Shown here: one piece after another, positions 31,738-41,056 of the stretch | Layout: the number at the start of each line of letters is the position of its first letter | How positions within the stretch are numbered: the first letter of the stretch is position 1 | IMG/VR virus record: IMGVR_UViG_3300010883_000003 | Location: 52,689-116,688 of that record | DNA from: a virus | Direction: 5' to 3' (one strand) | Length of the DNA: 64,000 nucleotides | The notes under the pieces: generated by a model | Database searches by the model: none | Seen by the model: only the letters and a program-made list of their open reading frames with translations | Told to the model about the DNA's origin: nothing | Made by a program: the position numbers and the translations under genes

Positions 31738-32793
31738 ATGAAAGTACTTTATAGTTTTTGGGGGTTTATTACTCCTCTTGAAAAAAATAGCATTGTCGAT
31801 ACGCCTGATGGAGAGAGAGGCAATCGAGTTGACTGGGTCAATGAACTTCTTAAGCGCGGACATACACCTATTCAGCTTCAAAAAATGAGGGATGATGAAC
31901 AGTATCCGGGTGTTGAGTATGATGCCTCTGGGTACCCGGATGGTGATGTGTTATATGTTGAGTGGCGTTGGCCCACATATAAGAATTCTGGTGAGCATGC
32001 TGTAGAACCTGATTATAATAGACAATGCGCAGTGCTAGATTATTATCATGACCAAGGCATTCCGATTGTAATTGTAGACGGTGATCTTAAGATGACACCT
32101 GAAGAAGAACTTAGGTGGCCAAACGCTATCTTAGCTGATGCGTGTGTAAACCCTCAGCACCAGACGCGTAAGAGGATTACGATCCCATGGTGCAATTACA
32201 TGAAGCGTTATTTTGACCCTGTTGAGTATTCATACAACTACACTTACGTCGGTAATAATTACGAGCGTGAAGACCCTTTCGCGAAATACTACACAGGTCC
32301 AAGCGCTGCTTTACGCTCCCAAGGCATCCAGACTATGATTTACGGAAACTGGCTTAGCAAATCTCCTGAGAGAATTGATCCAGCCGTCTTGCTAGCTCAA
32401 ACACCTAGCGTAGCTTTTGGCCCTCGGCTAGCGTACAAAGACATTTTCAAGGCTCTAAATGAGTCGATCGCTGTTACTCATATTACAAAACCTTCGTATA
32501 CTCCTTACGGAAATATTACAGGCAGATTTTTTGAAGCAATCAAGAGTAACGTCCCGGCGCTGGTACCAGTAGAGTTTCAACACGCTGTTCCAGTGGGACT
32601 AGCAGATAAGTCACTGCTGGTAGAGAGTACCGAAGATGTTGTTAGAAAAGTTAAATGGTTAACTACACTGGACGCGTCATCACGTAAAGCTTTAGTCGAT
32701 GCCCAGGAAGAGGCTCTGAGGACAGTGATTAATCCTTCACCTGAATATAGGACCGATCTGCTAGAACACATTCTAGGGGACTACAGAGCATGA
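31738..32793 (+). CDS. GT-B glycosyltransferase, T4 beta-glucosyltransferase-like (putative DNA or nucleotide glycosyltransferase)
   Basis: YTYVGNNYER, IYGNW and ITGRFFEAI...PALVP resemble the BGT/CgeB C-terminal domain; 351 aa; context. Confidence 0.65.
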   Translation: MKVLYSFWGFITPLEKNSIVDTPDGERGNRVDWVNELLKRGHTPIQLQKMRDDEQYPGVEYDASGYPDGDVLYVEWRWPTYKNSGEHAVEPDYNRQCAVLDYYHDQGIPIVIVDGDLKMTPEEELRWPNAILADACVNPQHQTRKRITIPWCNYMKRYFDPVEYSYNYTYVGNNYEREDPFAKYYTGPSAALRSQGIQTMIYGNWLSKSPERIDPAVLLAQTPSVAFGPRLAYKDIFKALNESIAVTHITKPSYTPYGNITGRFFEAIKSNVPALVPVEFQHAVPVGLADKSLLVESTEDVVRKVKWLTTLDASSRKALVDAQEEALRTVINPSPEYRTDLLEHILGDYRA

Positions 32794-33308
32794 AGATTGC
32801 GTTCATAGGTCCTGACATGACAGGTAAGTCTAACATTGCAAAAGAGCTTTCAAACCGATTAGAGCTCCCGGTTTTTAAGAACTCTGGAGAATGGAAAACA
32901 CAGCTGGATAGCGCTGACTACTTCTTGAACTTGCTTAAGTTCGGCGGTCCGTTTCTCATGGATTTTATAACCCAAACAAACATCAGTGTTATACTTGATA
33001 GATTTTATCCTTGTGAGCTAGTATACGCCGACGCGTTTAATAGGGAAACAGATATGTCTGCAATAGCATGGATGGATAGAGAATTTACAAAAGCTGGTGG
33101 AAAGTTTATCGTCTGCTTAAGGAAAGACTACAGCGGTTTGGTCGATGATCAGTATCCTGACCAACTGCCAACATCTATGCTGGAGAAACTAGATGAACTA
33201 TATCGTACATTTTGTGATACCACAGAATGTGAATATCTTGTTTTGGAAACTGATGACTTTGATTTAGACAGACAGGTTTCAGATATTATTAAGTTTTTAG
33301 AAAAATAA
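32790..33308 (+). CDS. Deoxynucleoside monophosphate kinase (thymidylate-kinase-like)
   Basis: P-loop GPDMTGKS and ILDRFYPCELVY. Confidence 0.8.
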   Translation: MKIAFIGPDMTGKSNIAKELSNRLELPVFKNSGEWKTQLDSADYFLNLLKFGGPFLMDFITQTNISVILDRFYPCELVYADAFNRETDMSAIAWMDREFTKAGGKFIVCLRKDYSGLVDDQYPDQLPTSMLEKLDELYRTFCDTTECEYLVLETDDFDLDRQVSDIIKFLEK

Positions 33309-33322
33309 GGAGAGTATTTATT

Positions 33323-34327
33323 ATGACGTTTCGTAGAGCATTAGTCACTGGGTGTTGCGGGTTTATTGGCGCGCACGTTACCCGCTTGTTGGTAAACGAA
33401 GGATGGTATGTAGAGGGAGTAGATGACTTATCAAATGGAGATCTCGCTGCCATCTCAGATCTTAAGTTCCGCGCAGTCCATGAAGGATTGCTTGGTATGC
33501 TTGAGAAAACAGACTTAAAGGCCGAAGCTGGCGGGCTTATGGTCGTCACCGGAGATTTTGCTTCTCCAGCTATGTTACAAAGGGTCGAAGAGGGTAGATA
33601 CGATGTTATTTTTCATCTAGCGGCAAATCCAAGAGTTGAGTTTTCTGTCAAGCATCCTGCCTTGACAACTCATCATAATATTCAGAAGACTGTCGAACTT
33701 ATGACTTCTGCAAGAGATAAGATAGATAGATTTGTCTTTGCATCTTCGTCCGCATGCTATGGGAATGTTGAAGTCTTACCAACTGTTGAGGGAAGTGTTA
33801 CTGATAATCCTACGTCACCGTATGGTCTTCAAAAGCTAGTAATAGAGCAATTCGGTAAGCTATACGATAGTTTATATGATATGGATTTCGTGGCTCTTAG
33901 GTTCTTTAATGCGTATGGACCAGGCCAAGATGGCACAAGCCCGTATTCTACAGCGATCTCCGCGTGGTGCACTCGTCTTAACAATGGTGAGCCTTTGCGT
34001 AGCGACGGCGACGGCCAACAAACTAGAGACATGGTCTATGTTGAAGATTTAGCAAGTGCTATGTTGTCGGTCGCTAATCATCCAGAGCGTATTGGGTTCG
34101 ATGTATTCAACGTTGGAAATGGAGAGTCTTTTAAAAATAAGCAGATATTAAGCTACCTTGTGGATAAATTTCCAAAAGCACAGATTGACTATGCTCCCGA
34201 GAGACCAGGCGATGTAAAGCATACTCTGGCCTCAATCTCTAAAATTCATGACGCCATCGGCTGGAGTCCAGAAGTACAGTTTTGGGATGGCCTAAATAGA
34301 ACGCTAGCTTGGTGGAAGCTTCTATGA
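33323..34327 (+). CDS. NAD-dependent NDP-sugar epimerase/dehydratase (GalE-like extended SDR)
   Basis: LVTGCCGFIG, FHLAA, ASSSACYG, YGLQK, LRFFNAYGP, GDGQQTRD, RPGDVKH. Confidence 0.9.
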   Translation: MTFRRALVTGCCGFIGAHVTRLLVNEGWYVEGVDDLSNGDLAAISDLKFRAVHEGLLGMLEKTDLKAEAGGLMVVTGDFASPAMLQRVEEGRYDVIFHLAANPRVEFSVKHPALTTHHNIQKTVELMTSARDKIDRFVFASSSACYGNVEVLPTVEGSVTDNPTSPYGLQKLVIEQFGKLYDSLYDMDFVALRFFNAYGPGQDGTSPYSTAISAWCTRLNNGEPLRSDGDGQQTRDMVYVEDLASAMLSVANHPERIGFDVFNVGNGESFKNKQILSYLVDKFPKAQIDYAPERPGDVKHTLASISKIHDAIGWSPEVQFWDGLNRTLAWWKLL

Positions 34328-34758
34328 ACAGATGCAGCTGGCCAGGTACTTCTTCTAAAGAAGAAAAGCCTTGGGGACATGAAATATCATGGACCGGTTT
34401 ATTTCACGGGAAAGAAATTTTTATTAAATCTGGGTTTAGGACAAGTCTAAAGTTTAACGTACAAAAAAATGAATTACTATACGTCCAGTCAGGAAGAGTT
34501 ATCGCCGAATATGCAGATGAAGGTCACTTTAAAGACTCAAATAAATGTCCAGCTAGTGCAAGAGAACTGCTTCCGGGGGATATACTAAATGTCCAAGCCG
34601 GCTGTCCCTATCGTCTATCTGCGCTGGATAACAGTATTGTTTTCGAAATATCTGACCGCGGAGCTTTCCGCAGAGTTATAATTGAAGATGATTACGGTAG
34701 AGAATCTAAGGACTCGAGCCAAGAGAAACTAATATTTAAGCCTCTAATAGGGCAATGA
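34324..34758 (+). CDS. Cupin-domain protein (type II phosphomannose isomerase C-terminal-like)
   Basis: KPWGHE, RTSLKF...KNELLYVQSG, YRLSA...FEIS. Confidence 0.7.
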   Translation: MNRCSWPGTSSKEEKPWGHEISWTGLFHGKEIFIKSGFRTSLKFNVQKNELLYVQSGRVIAEYADEGHFKDSNKCPASARELLPGDILNVQAGCPYRLSALDNSIVFEISDRGAFRRVIIEDDYGRESKDSSQEKLIFKPLIGQ

Positions 34759-34783
34759 AAAAAACACAATCAATGTCTATAAT
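34755..34783 (+). promoter_or_regulatory. Sigma70-type promoter
   Basis: ATGAAA-17 bp-TATAAT. Confidence 0.55.
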
Positions 34784-34792
34784 GGAGATAGT

Positions 34793-35689
34793 ATGACTGT
34801 AATGGATCCAAATTCGGTTAACGCCGTGATATACCACGCTGACTGTACTGACGGTTTTGGCGCCGCATATTCTGCATGGAAGTGTTTAGGAAATCGAGCA
34901 GAGTATTACCCGTGTAAGCACGGAACAACGCCTCCTGATGTTAAAGGAAAGAATGTCGTTATACTAGATTTTTCTTTTGATAATAAAACTACAAAGAAAA
35001 TGATTGAGGATGCTGCCGCCTTAATAGTAATTGACCATCATAAGTCTGCAGTCGTTGAACTACATGACATACCAAACACGTTATTTGATATGACAAAGTC
35101 TGGAGCAATTCTTTCATGGGAATGGTTCCATCCGGGTAAAGAGCCTCCGAAGTTCATTCGATATATTCAAGATAGGGACCTGTGGAAGTGGGAACTAGAG
35201 TATTCTAAAGAGTTTTCCGCCGCATTTGATATGATTCAATTTGAGTTCGAGGAATTTGAAAAGTTCGAAGATGACTCTGTATTTGATGATGCCTGTAAGC
35301 GCGGCTCGTACATTCTTGCGTATAGTAAGACTGTGGTAAAGAAAGTTTGCGAAAAAGCCCAGCCTCGAAAAATGGACGGAAAAGACGTGCTAGTCGTAAA
35401 TGCTTCTCATTGGATGTCTGAAATCGGCGCTCGTCTTGCTCCTGATTGTGACTTTGCCTTGATTTGGTATTGGGATCATGAGTCTAAAAACACTAAGGTA
35501 AGTTTAAGGGCGTTCCATGACGCCGCAGACGTTTCTGAGATCTCCAAAAGGTTCGGCGGCGGCGGCCACAGGAAGGCAGCTGGTTTTCAGCTGTCCGCAG
35601 ATAAGCATATCGAGGATATTTTTGACCAACCAAAAAAGGCGTCTAGGTCAAGACGCGCTTCTACGAAAAGTAAGGATTCGAATGAGTAA
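34793..35689 (+). CDS. DHH/DHHA1 phosphoesterase
   Basis: YHADCTDG, ILDFS, IDHHKS, DRDLW, SLR...GGGGHRKAAGF. Confidence 0.9.
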   Translation: MTVMDPNSVNAVIYHADCTDGFGAAYSAWKCLGNRAEYYPCKHGTTPPDVKGKNVVILDFSFDNKTTKKMIEDAAALIVIDHHKSAVVELHDIPNTLFDMTKSGAILSWEWFHPGKEPPKFIRYIQDRDLWKWELEYSKEFSAAFDMIQFEFEEFEKFEDDSVFDDACKRGSYILAYSKTVVKKVCEKAQPRKMDGKDVLVVNASHWMSEIGARLAPDCDFALIWYWDHESKNTKVSLRAFHDAADVSEISKRFGGGGHRKAAGFQLSADKHIEDIFDQPKKASRSRRASTKSKDSNE

Positions 35690-36221
35690 GATTTATTCAA
35701 CAATTATGGCCGATCCACCGTGGTACCAACGCGGAGGCGGAAAATCAAAGCGCGGCGCGGATAGGCATTATGACATTTTAAAAGAGCATGAAATTAAAGC
35801 AGTGATGTCTAAAATGTTACAAGGCAAAGTTGCTGAAAACGCTCATATGTATATGTGGGTTGCAAATAATCACCTTGCTGAAGGTTTACGAATTCTAGAA
35901 CATCTAGAGTTCAGGTATATAACCAACTTAGTATGGGCAAAGCCAAGCTTTGGACTAGGGAGATATTTTCGCGGACAGCACGAGATATGTTTATTTGCCA
36001 CAAGAGGTAGAGGGTTTTCTGTTCGATCTGAAGCTAATAATGTTTCTACACTCATCGGTGGTAGTATGATCAAACCGACCAAGCACAGCACAAAGCCGCA
36101 AGAAATATACGACTTAGTAGAATCTAGAAGCAGAGGAAGCTATCTTGAACTGTTTGCCAGAAACAGCCGACCCGGCTGGGATTGCTTGGGTAACGAAGCA
36201 CCTAGCGAGGAAAATGAATGA
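35682..36221 (+). CDS. MT-A70 family adenine methyltransferase
   Basis: IMADPPW, MYMWV, VWAKP, GLGRYFRGQHE, HSTKP, LELFAR...GWDCLGNE. Confidence 0.9.
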   Translation: MSKIYSTIMADPPWYQRGGGKSKRGADRHYDILKEHEIKAVMSKMLQGKVAENAHMYMWVANNHLAEGLRILEHLEFRYITNLVWAKPSFGLGRYFRGQHEICLFATRGRGFSVRSEANNVSTLIGGSMIKPTKHSTKPQEIYDLVESRSRGSYLELFARNSRPGWDCLGNEAPSEENE

Positions 36222-36628
36222 GGGCATCATGGGATGACGTCTGGATGGACTTCGCTTATCTAATAGCTAAGCGCTCCTATGACCCAAGATATCAGGTCGG
36301 ATCTGTTATTGTTACCGATACTAATACACAGGTCTTGGCAGTAGGATATAACGGCAATTACTCTGGTGGCCCTAATGAGGTAGAGTCTACGTTACCAGGT
36401 CAATCAGGAATGATACATGCAGAAATTAACGCATTGATAAAACTTGATTATAATAACCCTAATAAGAAAATTATGTACCTTACGCTTAGTCCGTGTAGAG
36501 GCTGCGCAAAGGCAATTATAAACGGGGGAATATCTGAAGTGGTTTATCATAAACAATATAGAGATACCTCTGGTATAGAGCTACTACAGTCAGCCGGAAT
36601 AAAAGTTCGTCAGCACTGTATGGAGTAA
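36218..36628 (+). CDS. dCMP deaminase
   Basis: GYNG, HAEINA, SPCRGCAK. Confidence 0.9.
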   Translation: MRASWDDVWMDFAYLIAKRSYDPRYQVGSVIVTDTNTQVLAVGYNGNYSGGPNEVESTLPGQSGMIHAEINALIKLDYNNPNKKIMYLTLSPCRGCAKAIINGGISEVVYHKQYRDTSGIELLQSAGIKVRQHCME

Positions 36629-36685
36629 GACTCCTTGCGCGTGTATATTTAATGATGATACTAACTTTATGTGGAGTTTAATAGA

Positions 36686-38092
36686 ATGAAAAAAGCCTTA
36701 ATAGAAAGCATATCTAAGCAGTGTATAAAGCTCGTTTATAGATCTAGATTAAATGATCTCACTACAGCAGCACTTAGCGAAGGAATGACAGATGGAATTC
36801 TTTTACAGGAAGCGTTTACAAGCGAGGACGCGAACGAGTTAGAGGCTGCCACGAAAGAAATGTCTGCGGTAATTGGTTCTTTAGAAAATCGTCTTGCTGA
36901 TGCCGGCGAAGGCTGGGCACCGGTTATAGACTCTTTAAAGTCAGCAGCTGGCAATTTAGATAGTAAAGCAATCGCTCAAATGGCTCTTAGCGGCGAAACC
37001 AAAAAATTAGCTAAGGCGTCCACTGAGTTCACAAAGTCTTTGCAAAGCGTAGCGGCAGAAACGGCTGCAGTCCTTGCAGCCGTAGATGGCATAAAAAAGA
37101 ACTTATCGAATTTTGAGAAAGATGTTGGTGATAAAGGTGGTGAGACCATCGCAGCGTTATCGGACTCAATCGAGAAGTTCCCAGATATCTCTAAGCTAGA
37201 TAAAGGTATAAGCAGCGTGTATCAGATACCAAAGTGGTTTGATTCCGCTTGGGCTGACGGCTCGAAGGCAGCCGAGAGCGAAACAGAGGGGGGCTTTTTT
37301 AAGAAAGCAATGGCATTTGTTGGTGGTATGTTTAAAGCCGATAAGACTGGCCGCTTAGTTGATGCGAAAGTGTTAGCTGATGCTGTTAAGGCAACGTCTT
37401 TCACCGCGTTAATGGATCTGGATGTGCAAGGTGAAGTAGCAGCCTTAACTCAAGGCGCTGAAACTGCTGGTACCGAGTCAACAGAACTGGCTGCCGCCGG
37501 CGCTGGTGGTGCTGAAGGTAGCGAGGGTGGTGAAGACGACGCCGGCGGCAACGAAACCGAAGACGGCGTTACTGTTGCTACAGAAGAAGAAGCAGAAGAA
37601 GAGCAAGCTGCCGCTGAAGAAGAATTAACTGCCGCCGCTGAAGAAGTTGTCGCAGAGCCTGAGTCACCAGGCGTAGCTATCGCAAACGCTCTTGATACTT
37701 GGGCTTCCTCGTTATCTAAGTCTTCACAGTCTGCATTAGCAGCAAAGAAGAGGTTAGACAGTCTTAAGACAGGTGTTGCTGCCTCTCTAGAGAAAGCAGC
37801 TGCTGCGGTTGAATCTGAGGTTGCTGGTGCTGTACAGGCTTGGCGAGCAGAAAACGAAGAAACGCTAATGAAGAGTAAAAGGTTCGCCAAGAAGAATTTT
37901 GATGCGCTTGAAAAAGTCATTCCTCAAATTGCGTCAGTTATGTTAAAGAAAACATCTGAGACTAAGATAAAAATGACGAAAGGCATGGTACGTAAGTCTG
38001 TCTTTAATTACCTCGATAAGCAATTTGCGAATGAAGGTATCTTATTTGAGTCAAAAAGATGGCAGTCTCTAGCAGGTATGGGGAGAAAATAA
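36686..38092 (+). CDS. Large acidic Ala-rich protein (putative internal virion protein)
   Basis: ATATTTA upstream; LLQE/LSE sites; C-terminal ILFESKRWQSLAGM. Confidence 0.6.
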   Translation: MKKALIESISKQCIKLVYRSRLNDLTTAALSEGMTDGILLQEAFTSEDANELEAATKEMSAVIGSLENRLADAGEGWAPVIDSLKSAAGNLDSKAIAQMALSGETKKLAKASTEFTKSLQSVAAETAAVLAAVDGIKKNLSNFEKDVGDKGGETIAALSDSIEKFPDISKLDKGISSVYQIPKWFDSAWADGSKAAESETEGGFFKKAMAFVGGMFKADKTGRLVDAKVLADAVKATSFTALMDLDVQGEVAALTQGAETAGTESTELAAAGAGGAEGSEGGEDDAGGNETEDGVTVATEEEAEEEQAAAEEELTAAAEEVVAEPESPGVAIANALDTWASSLSKSSQSALAAKKRLDSLKTGVAASLEKAAAAVESEVAGAVQAWRAENEETLMKSKRFAKKNFDALEKVIPQIASVMLKKTSETKIKMTKGMVRKSVFNYLDKQFANEGILFESKRWQSLAGMGRK

Positions 38093-38500
38093 ATGTCTTC
38101 TACTAATACAAGGTTTCTATCCGAAATGCTACGAAACCAATATGTCGGTCGTCTTAACGAAGTTATAAAAGAAGCTGATGTATTCGATGATGAAGGCAAT
38201 ATGATATTGTCACCTGACTTAAAAGTGAAACACCGTGACTCTGGTTATGAGTATACTATAGATCATGTTGAAGGTGATACCGACAATGAGATACAAATTT
38301 ATCTTAGGTCACCTGAGTCACCGAGAGTTCACCCGGCCCCTGAAGAAAAGTCGCTGTTAGGCGAACCGCGACAGGAAGATATACTAGGTGAGCAAGATCC
38401 CGCAGCAAATATAGAGGAAGAGTTACCAAGCGAAGATCAAGAAGATGTGATCTTTGTCATCAACCAACAAGAATTTGAAAAAGAGTATGAGGTAGATTAA
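38093..38500 (+). CDS. Hypothetical acidic protein
   Basis: Coupled ORF, RLNEVIKE. Confidence 0.65.
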   Translation: MSSTNTRFLSEMLRNQYVGRLNEVIKEADVFDDEGNMILSPDLKVKHRDSGYEYTIDHVEGDTDNEIQIYLRSPESPRVHPAPEEKSLLGEPRQEDILGEQDPAANIEEELPSEDQEDVIFVINQQEFEKEYEVD

Positions 38501-39228
38501 TGTCAACAATCAGTGATAAAGAGATTATGAAAGTTATTAGCGAAACGTTAGGTGTCGATGACATGTCTTCTCGTAAGAGCAAGCCTTTAAATGAGGCATA
38601 CGTACTTGAGCCTAAGAAGTATGACATTCAAACCGATATCTTAAGCCAAAAAGCAATAAGTGCAAATATCGAAGACTTTAAGTCTGCTGTTGATATAGTA
38701 AATGAAATATCTGCGAAGCTTGATTCTGTTGATAGAAGCAATTCTAATCCAAAAGACGCTGCATTCCGGGAGCTAAAATCAGCAGAAGCCTACAATCTAA
38801 ACTATGTTTTTCTAACGTCTCTTCATTTTGATAATATCGCAGACCCTACCTCAAAAGTTATGATGGATTCATTGTCATACATGAGATTGTCAAGAGACTT
38901 CGGAACGTTTGAAGATTGGCAGAAAGATTTTATTGCTTGTGCAATGGGGGCTCGTAATGGATATGTTGCGACTGTGTTCAACGGATCGCTGAACCGCTAT
39001 ATGAATGTCATGGTCGATGAAAATTCTTCTGGTCCTATGATGAACTGTATTCCCGTAATATGCCTGTGTGTTAAAGATAGCTTTTATTTCCGTGATTACT
39101 TAAATGACCGTAAAGCCTACATCTTCGCAATGATGAAAGAGTTAAGGTGGTCTTTAATTGAGGAAAGATTTAAGCGCGCCGACAAGCTTTCAAAAATCAT
39201 GTCTAGGCCATTAGGAGATAACTCATGA
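38500..39228 (+). CDS. Fe/Mn superoxide dismutase-fold protein, apparently lacking metal ligands
   Basis: RDFGTFEDWQKDF, IPVICL...YFRDYLNDRKAYI...LRWSLIEERF match the SOD C-domain, but DVWEHAYY is replaced by CVKDSFYF. Confidence 0.7.
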   Translation: MSTISDKEIMKVISETLGVDDMSSRKSKPLNEAYVLEPKKYDIQTDILSQKAISANIEDFKSAVDIVNEISAKLDSVDRSNSNPKDAAFRELKSAEAYNLNYVFLTSLHFDNIADPTSKVMMDSLSYMRLSRDFGTFEDWQKDFIACAMGARNGYVATVFNGSLNRYMNVMVDENSSGPMMNCIPVICLCVKDSFYFRDYLNDRKAYIFAMMKELRWSLIEERFKRADKLSKIMSRPLGDNS

Positions 39229-39848
39229 AAAGAGAACAACTAAAGAATTATTTTAGGAAGCAATACAGCTTGCTAGCAGAGCAAGATGAAGAAGATCCAT
39301 TCGCGACAGATGATGCTGCAGCCGACGAAGAGCCAGATGATGCTGCAGCCGACGAAGAGCCAGCCGACGATACTGGTGAAGAAGGCGAAGACGAAGACGA
39401 AGGCGAAGGCGAAGATGAAGATGAAGTAGAGGTTGATGAGGATGATGAACAGCGTTTTCAAAAGTCTATAGATGATCAACTCCAGGCACTCCTAATAGAC
39501 ATTGAGGCTGACTCTATCAAGTCTGCAGTAGTACAGCAAGAAAGCTATAGCCTAAAGCAAATGTATATAAATGAGTCTGGCGATGTACCTATCGATACAG
39601 ATAAGTTTGCATCTGAGGTTGCCAGGCTAATATTAAATTTTGACGCTTTCCTTGATCTTGAAACGATGCTATTATCTAAAGTTAGAAGCTTTCTGGTAGA
39701 CAAGCATGGCGAAGAAGCTGCTGACGAAGTTGAGAAATTATTATCCGACCGTCATGATCTTAAGCGCAGAGAAGAAGTCGAAGAAGCAGATGATATAGAA
39801 GAGCAGGTTCCTATAGCTGTAGGCGCTACTCCAGGGGCGGGTGTGTGA
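39225..39848 (+). CDS. Highly acidic hypothetical protein
   Basis: MKREQLKNYFRKQYSLLAE followed by a D/E tract. Confidence 0.7.
   Translation: MKREQLKNYFRKQYSLLAEQDEEDPFATDDAAADEEPDDAAADEEPADDTGEEGEDEDEGEGEDEDEVEVDEDDEQRFQKSIDDQLQALLIDIEADSIKSAVVQQESYSLKQMYINESGDVPIDTDKFASEVARLILNFDAFLDLETMLLSKVRSFLVDKHGEEAADEVEKLLSDRHDLKRREEVEEADDIEEQVPIAVGATPGAGV
39307..39363 (+). repeat. 27 bp tandem duplication in coding sequence
   Basis: CAGATGATGCTGCAGCCGACGAAGAGC x2, encoding DDAAADEEP twice. Confidence 0.9.
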
Positions 39849-40123
39849 GTGATTTATTCGTAGTAAGGAAATCTGTCCATATTAACCTTATGAAAGAAAC
39901 CCACGCAGAGCTCAGAGTTCTGGCTTTTAGAAAAAAGCTCTCTATGCAATCGATAGTCGAGGGTTTGGTTTCAAGATTAGTTAACGGTGACCCTACTTTG
40001 AGTAAAATGGTAAATCAGATGGCGGAAGAAAAATATAAAGTTGAACTTCGGAAAGTCGTTGGTACTGATGCTAGTAGTGTATACGACATTCTTGAAGGTC
40101 TAGATTCTATAAAGGACAATTAA
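39845..40123 (+). CDS. Ribbon-helix-helix-like DNA-binding protein
   Basis: KSVHINLMKETHAELRVLAFRKKLSMQSIVEGLV. Confidence 0.55.
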   Translation: MSDLFVVRKSVHINLMKETHAELRVLAFRKKLSMQSIVEGLVSRLVNGDPTLSKMVNQMAEEKYKVELRKVVGTDASSVYDILEGLDSIKDN

Positions 40124-40374
40124 TGTTTTGGTCAAATAACTCGAGAAGACTTAAATCACTAGAAGATAAAGTAGATCAGCTTGAGAAACAAAACGCGATT
40201 TTTGTTTTAAGCATGCAGAACATTCAAGCTGCATTACTGAGTGCCTCTAATCTACAACAAGCTGTCGCCGGCGACGTTAGAGAGATACAAGACTTGATAA
40301 ATTCCATACTGCAACAAGCTGAACAAGCGTCAACGTTACATGGTTTTGACCCAGGCGATGGGTATGAGCACTAG
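40123..40374 (+). CDS. Coiled-coil hypothetical protein
   Basis: Heptad pattern, coupled ORF. Confidence 0.6.
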   Translation: MFWSNNSRRLKSLEDKVDQLEKQNAIFVLSMQNIQAALLSASNLQQAVAGDVREIQDLINSILQQAEQASTLHGFDPGDGYEH

Positions 40375-40418
40375 CGTTCATAATAATTAGAGTAAAATCA
40401 CTTGCGGAGAAAATAGAG

Positions 40419-40670
40419 ATGACACCCAACCCATCTAATGATAACCAGCAGGACACTACACCAGTGATAATCCCCAAAGAATCGCTCGGCGCTATCGACC
40501 TGATTGTTGGCCGGGTGATATCTAGAAAGTTCTTTGTATTTTTAACAGCAACAGGACTGCTCACGTGGTCTAATCTAGACAGCGATACGTGGGGCATGAT
40601 TGCAATGATATACATTGGCGGTCAAACAGTCATAGACGCCGCCATCGCATGGAAACATGGATCTAAATAA
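40419..40670 (+). CDS. Holin-like small membrane protein
   Basis: ISRKFFVF...; two hydrophobic helices; YIGGQTVID. Confidence 0.55.
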   Translation: MTPNPSNDNQQDTTPVIIPKESLGAIDLIVGRVISRKFFVFLTATGLLTWSNLDSDTWGMIAMIYIGGQTVIDAAIAWKHGSK

Positions 40671-41036
40671 ATGAGCATTTTTTGGACAAAATTTTTGTTG
40701 TGCTGTAAAAGGCAATGGAAGCTGATAGTTGGTTTTATCACTGGCGTCTTCGCTATAGCATTGATAATTAAAAGAGGTCCCAGCAAGAAGATGTTCGAAA
40801 AAAAATCTGAGCTACAGGATAAAGTCTCTGACTCTGAGTCTACAGCACGCGAAAAGCTAGACACAGAATATCAAAAAAACCTAGAAGCGTTTCTTGATAA
40901 GAATGAACAGATAGAAGAAGAAACGCGACAAAAGTTAAAAAGTTTAGATGATGAAAAGAAAGACAGGGTGAAAGAGCTATTAAGTTCGTCTAACCCTGAA
41001 AATGAGATTGCAAAAGCTTTAAAGAAGCTACTTTAG
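40671..41036 (+). CDS. N-terminal TM plus coiled-coil protein (i-spanin-like)
   Basis: LIVGFITGVFAIALII followed by a charged helix; follows the holin-like gene. Confidence 0.45.
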   Translation: MSIFWTKFLLCCKRQWKLIVGFITGVFAIALIIKRGPSKKMFEKKSELQDKVSDSESTAREKLDTEYQKNLEAFLDKNEQIEEETRQKLKSLDDEKKDRVKELLSSSNPENEIAKALKKLL

Positions 41037-41056
41037 ATTAAAATTGGAGAATAACC

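Noticed and set aside
30582-34327. Host-type LPS or capsule biosynthesis cluster
   Set aside because: No flippase, polymerase or priming transferase, and the genes are interleaved with a TS homologue and dNMP kinase next to dnaE; not fully excluded without biochemistry
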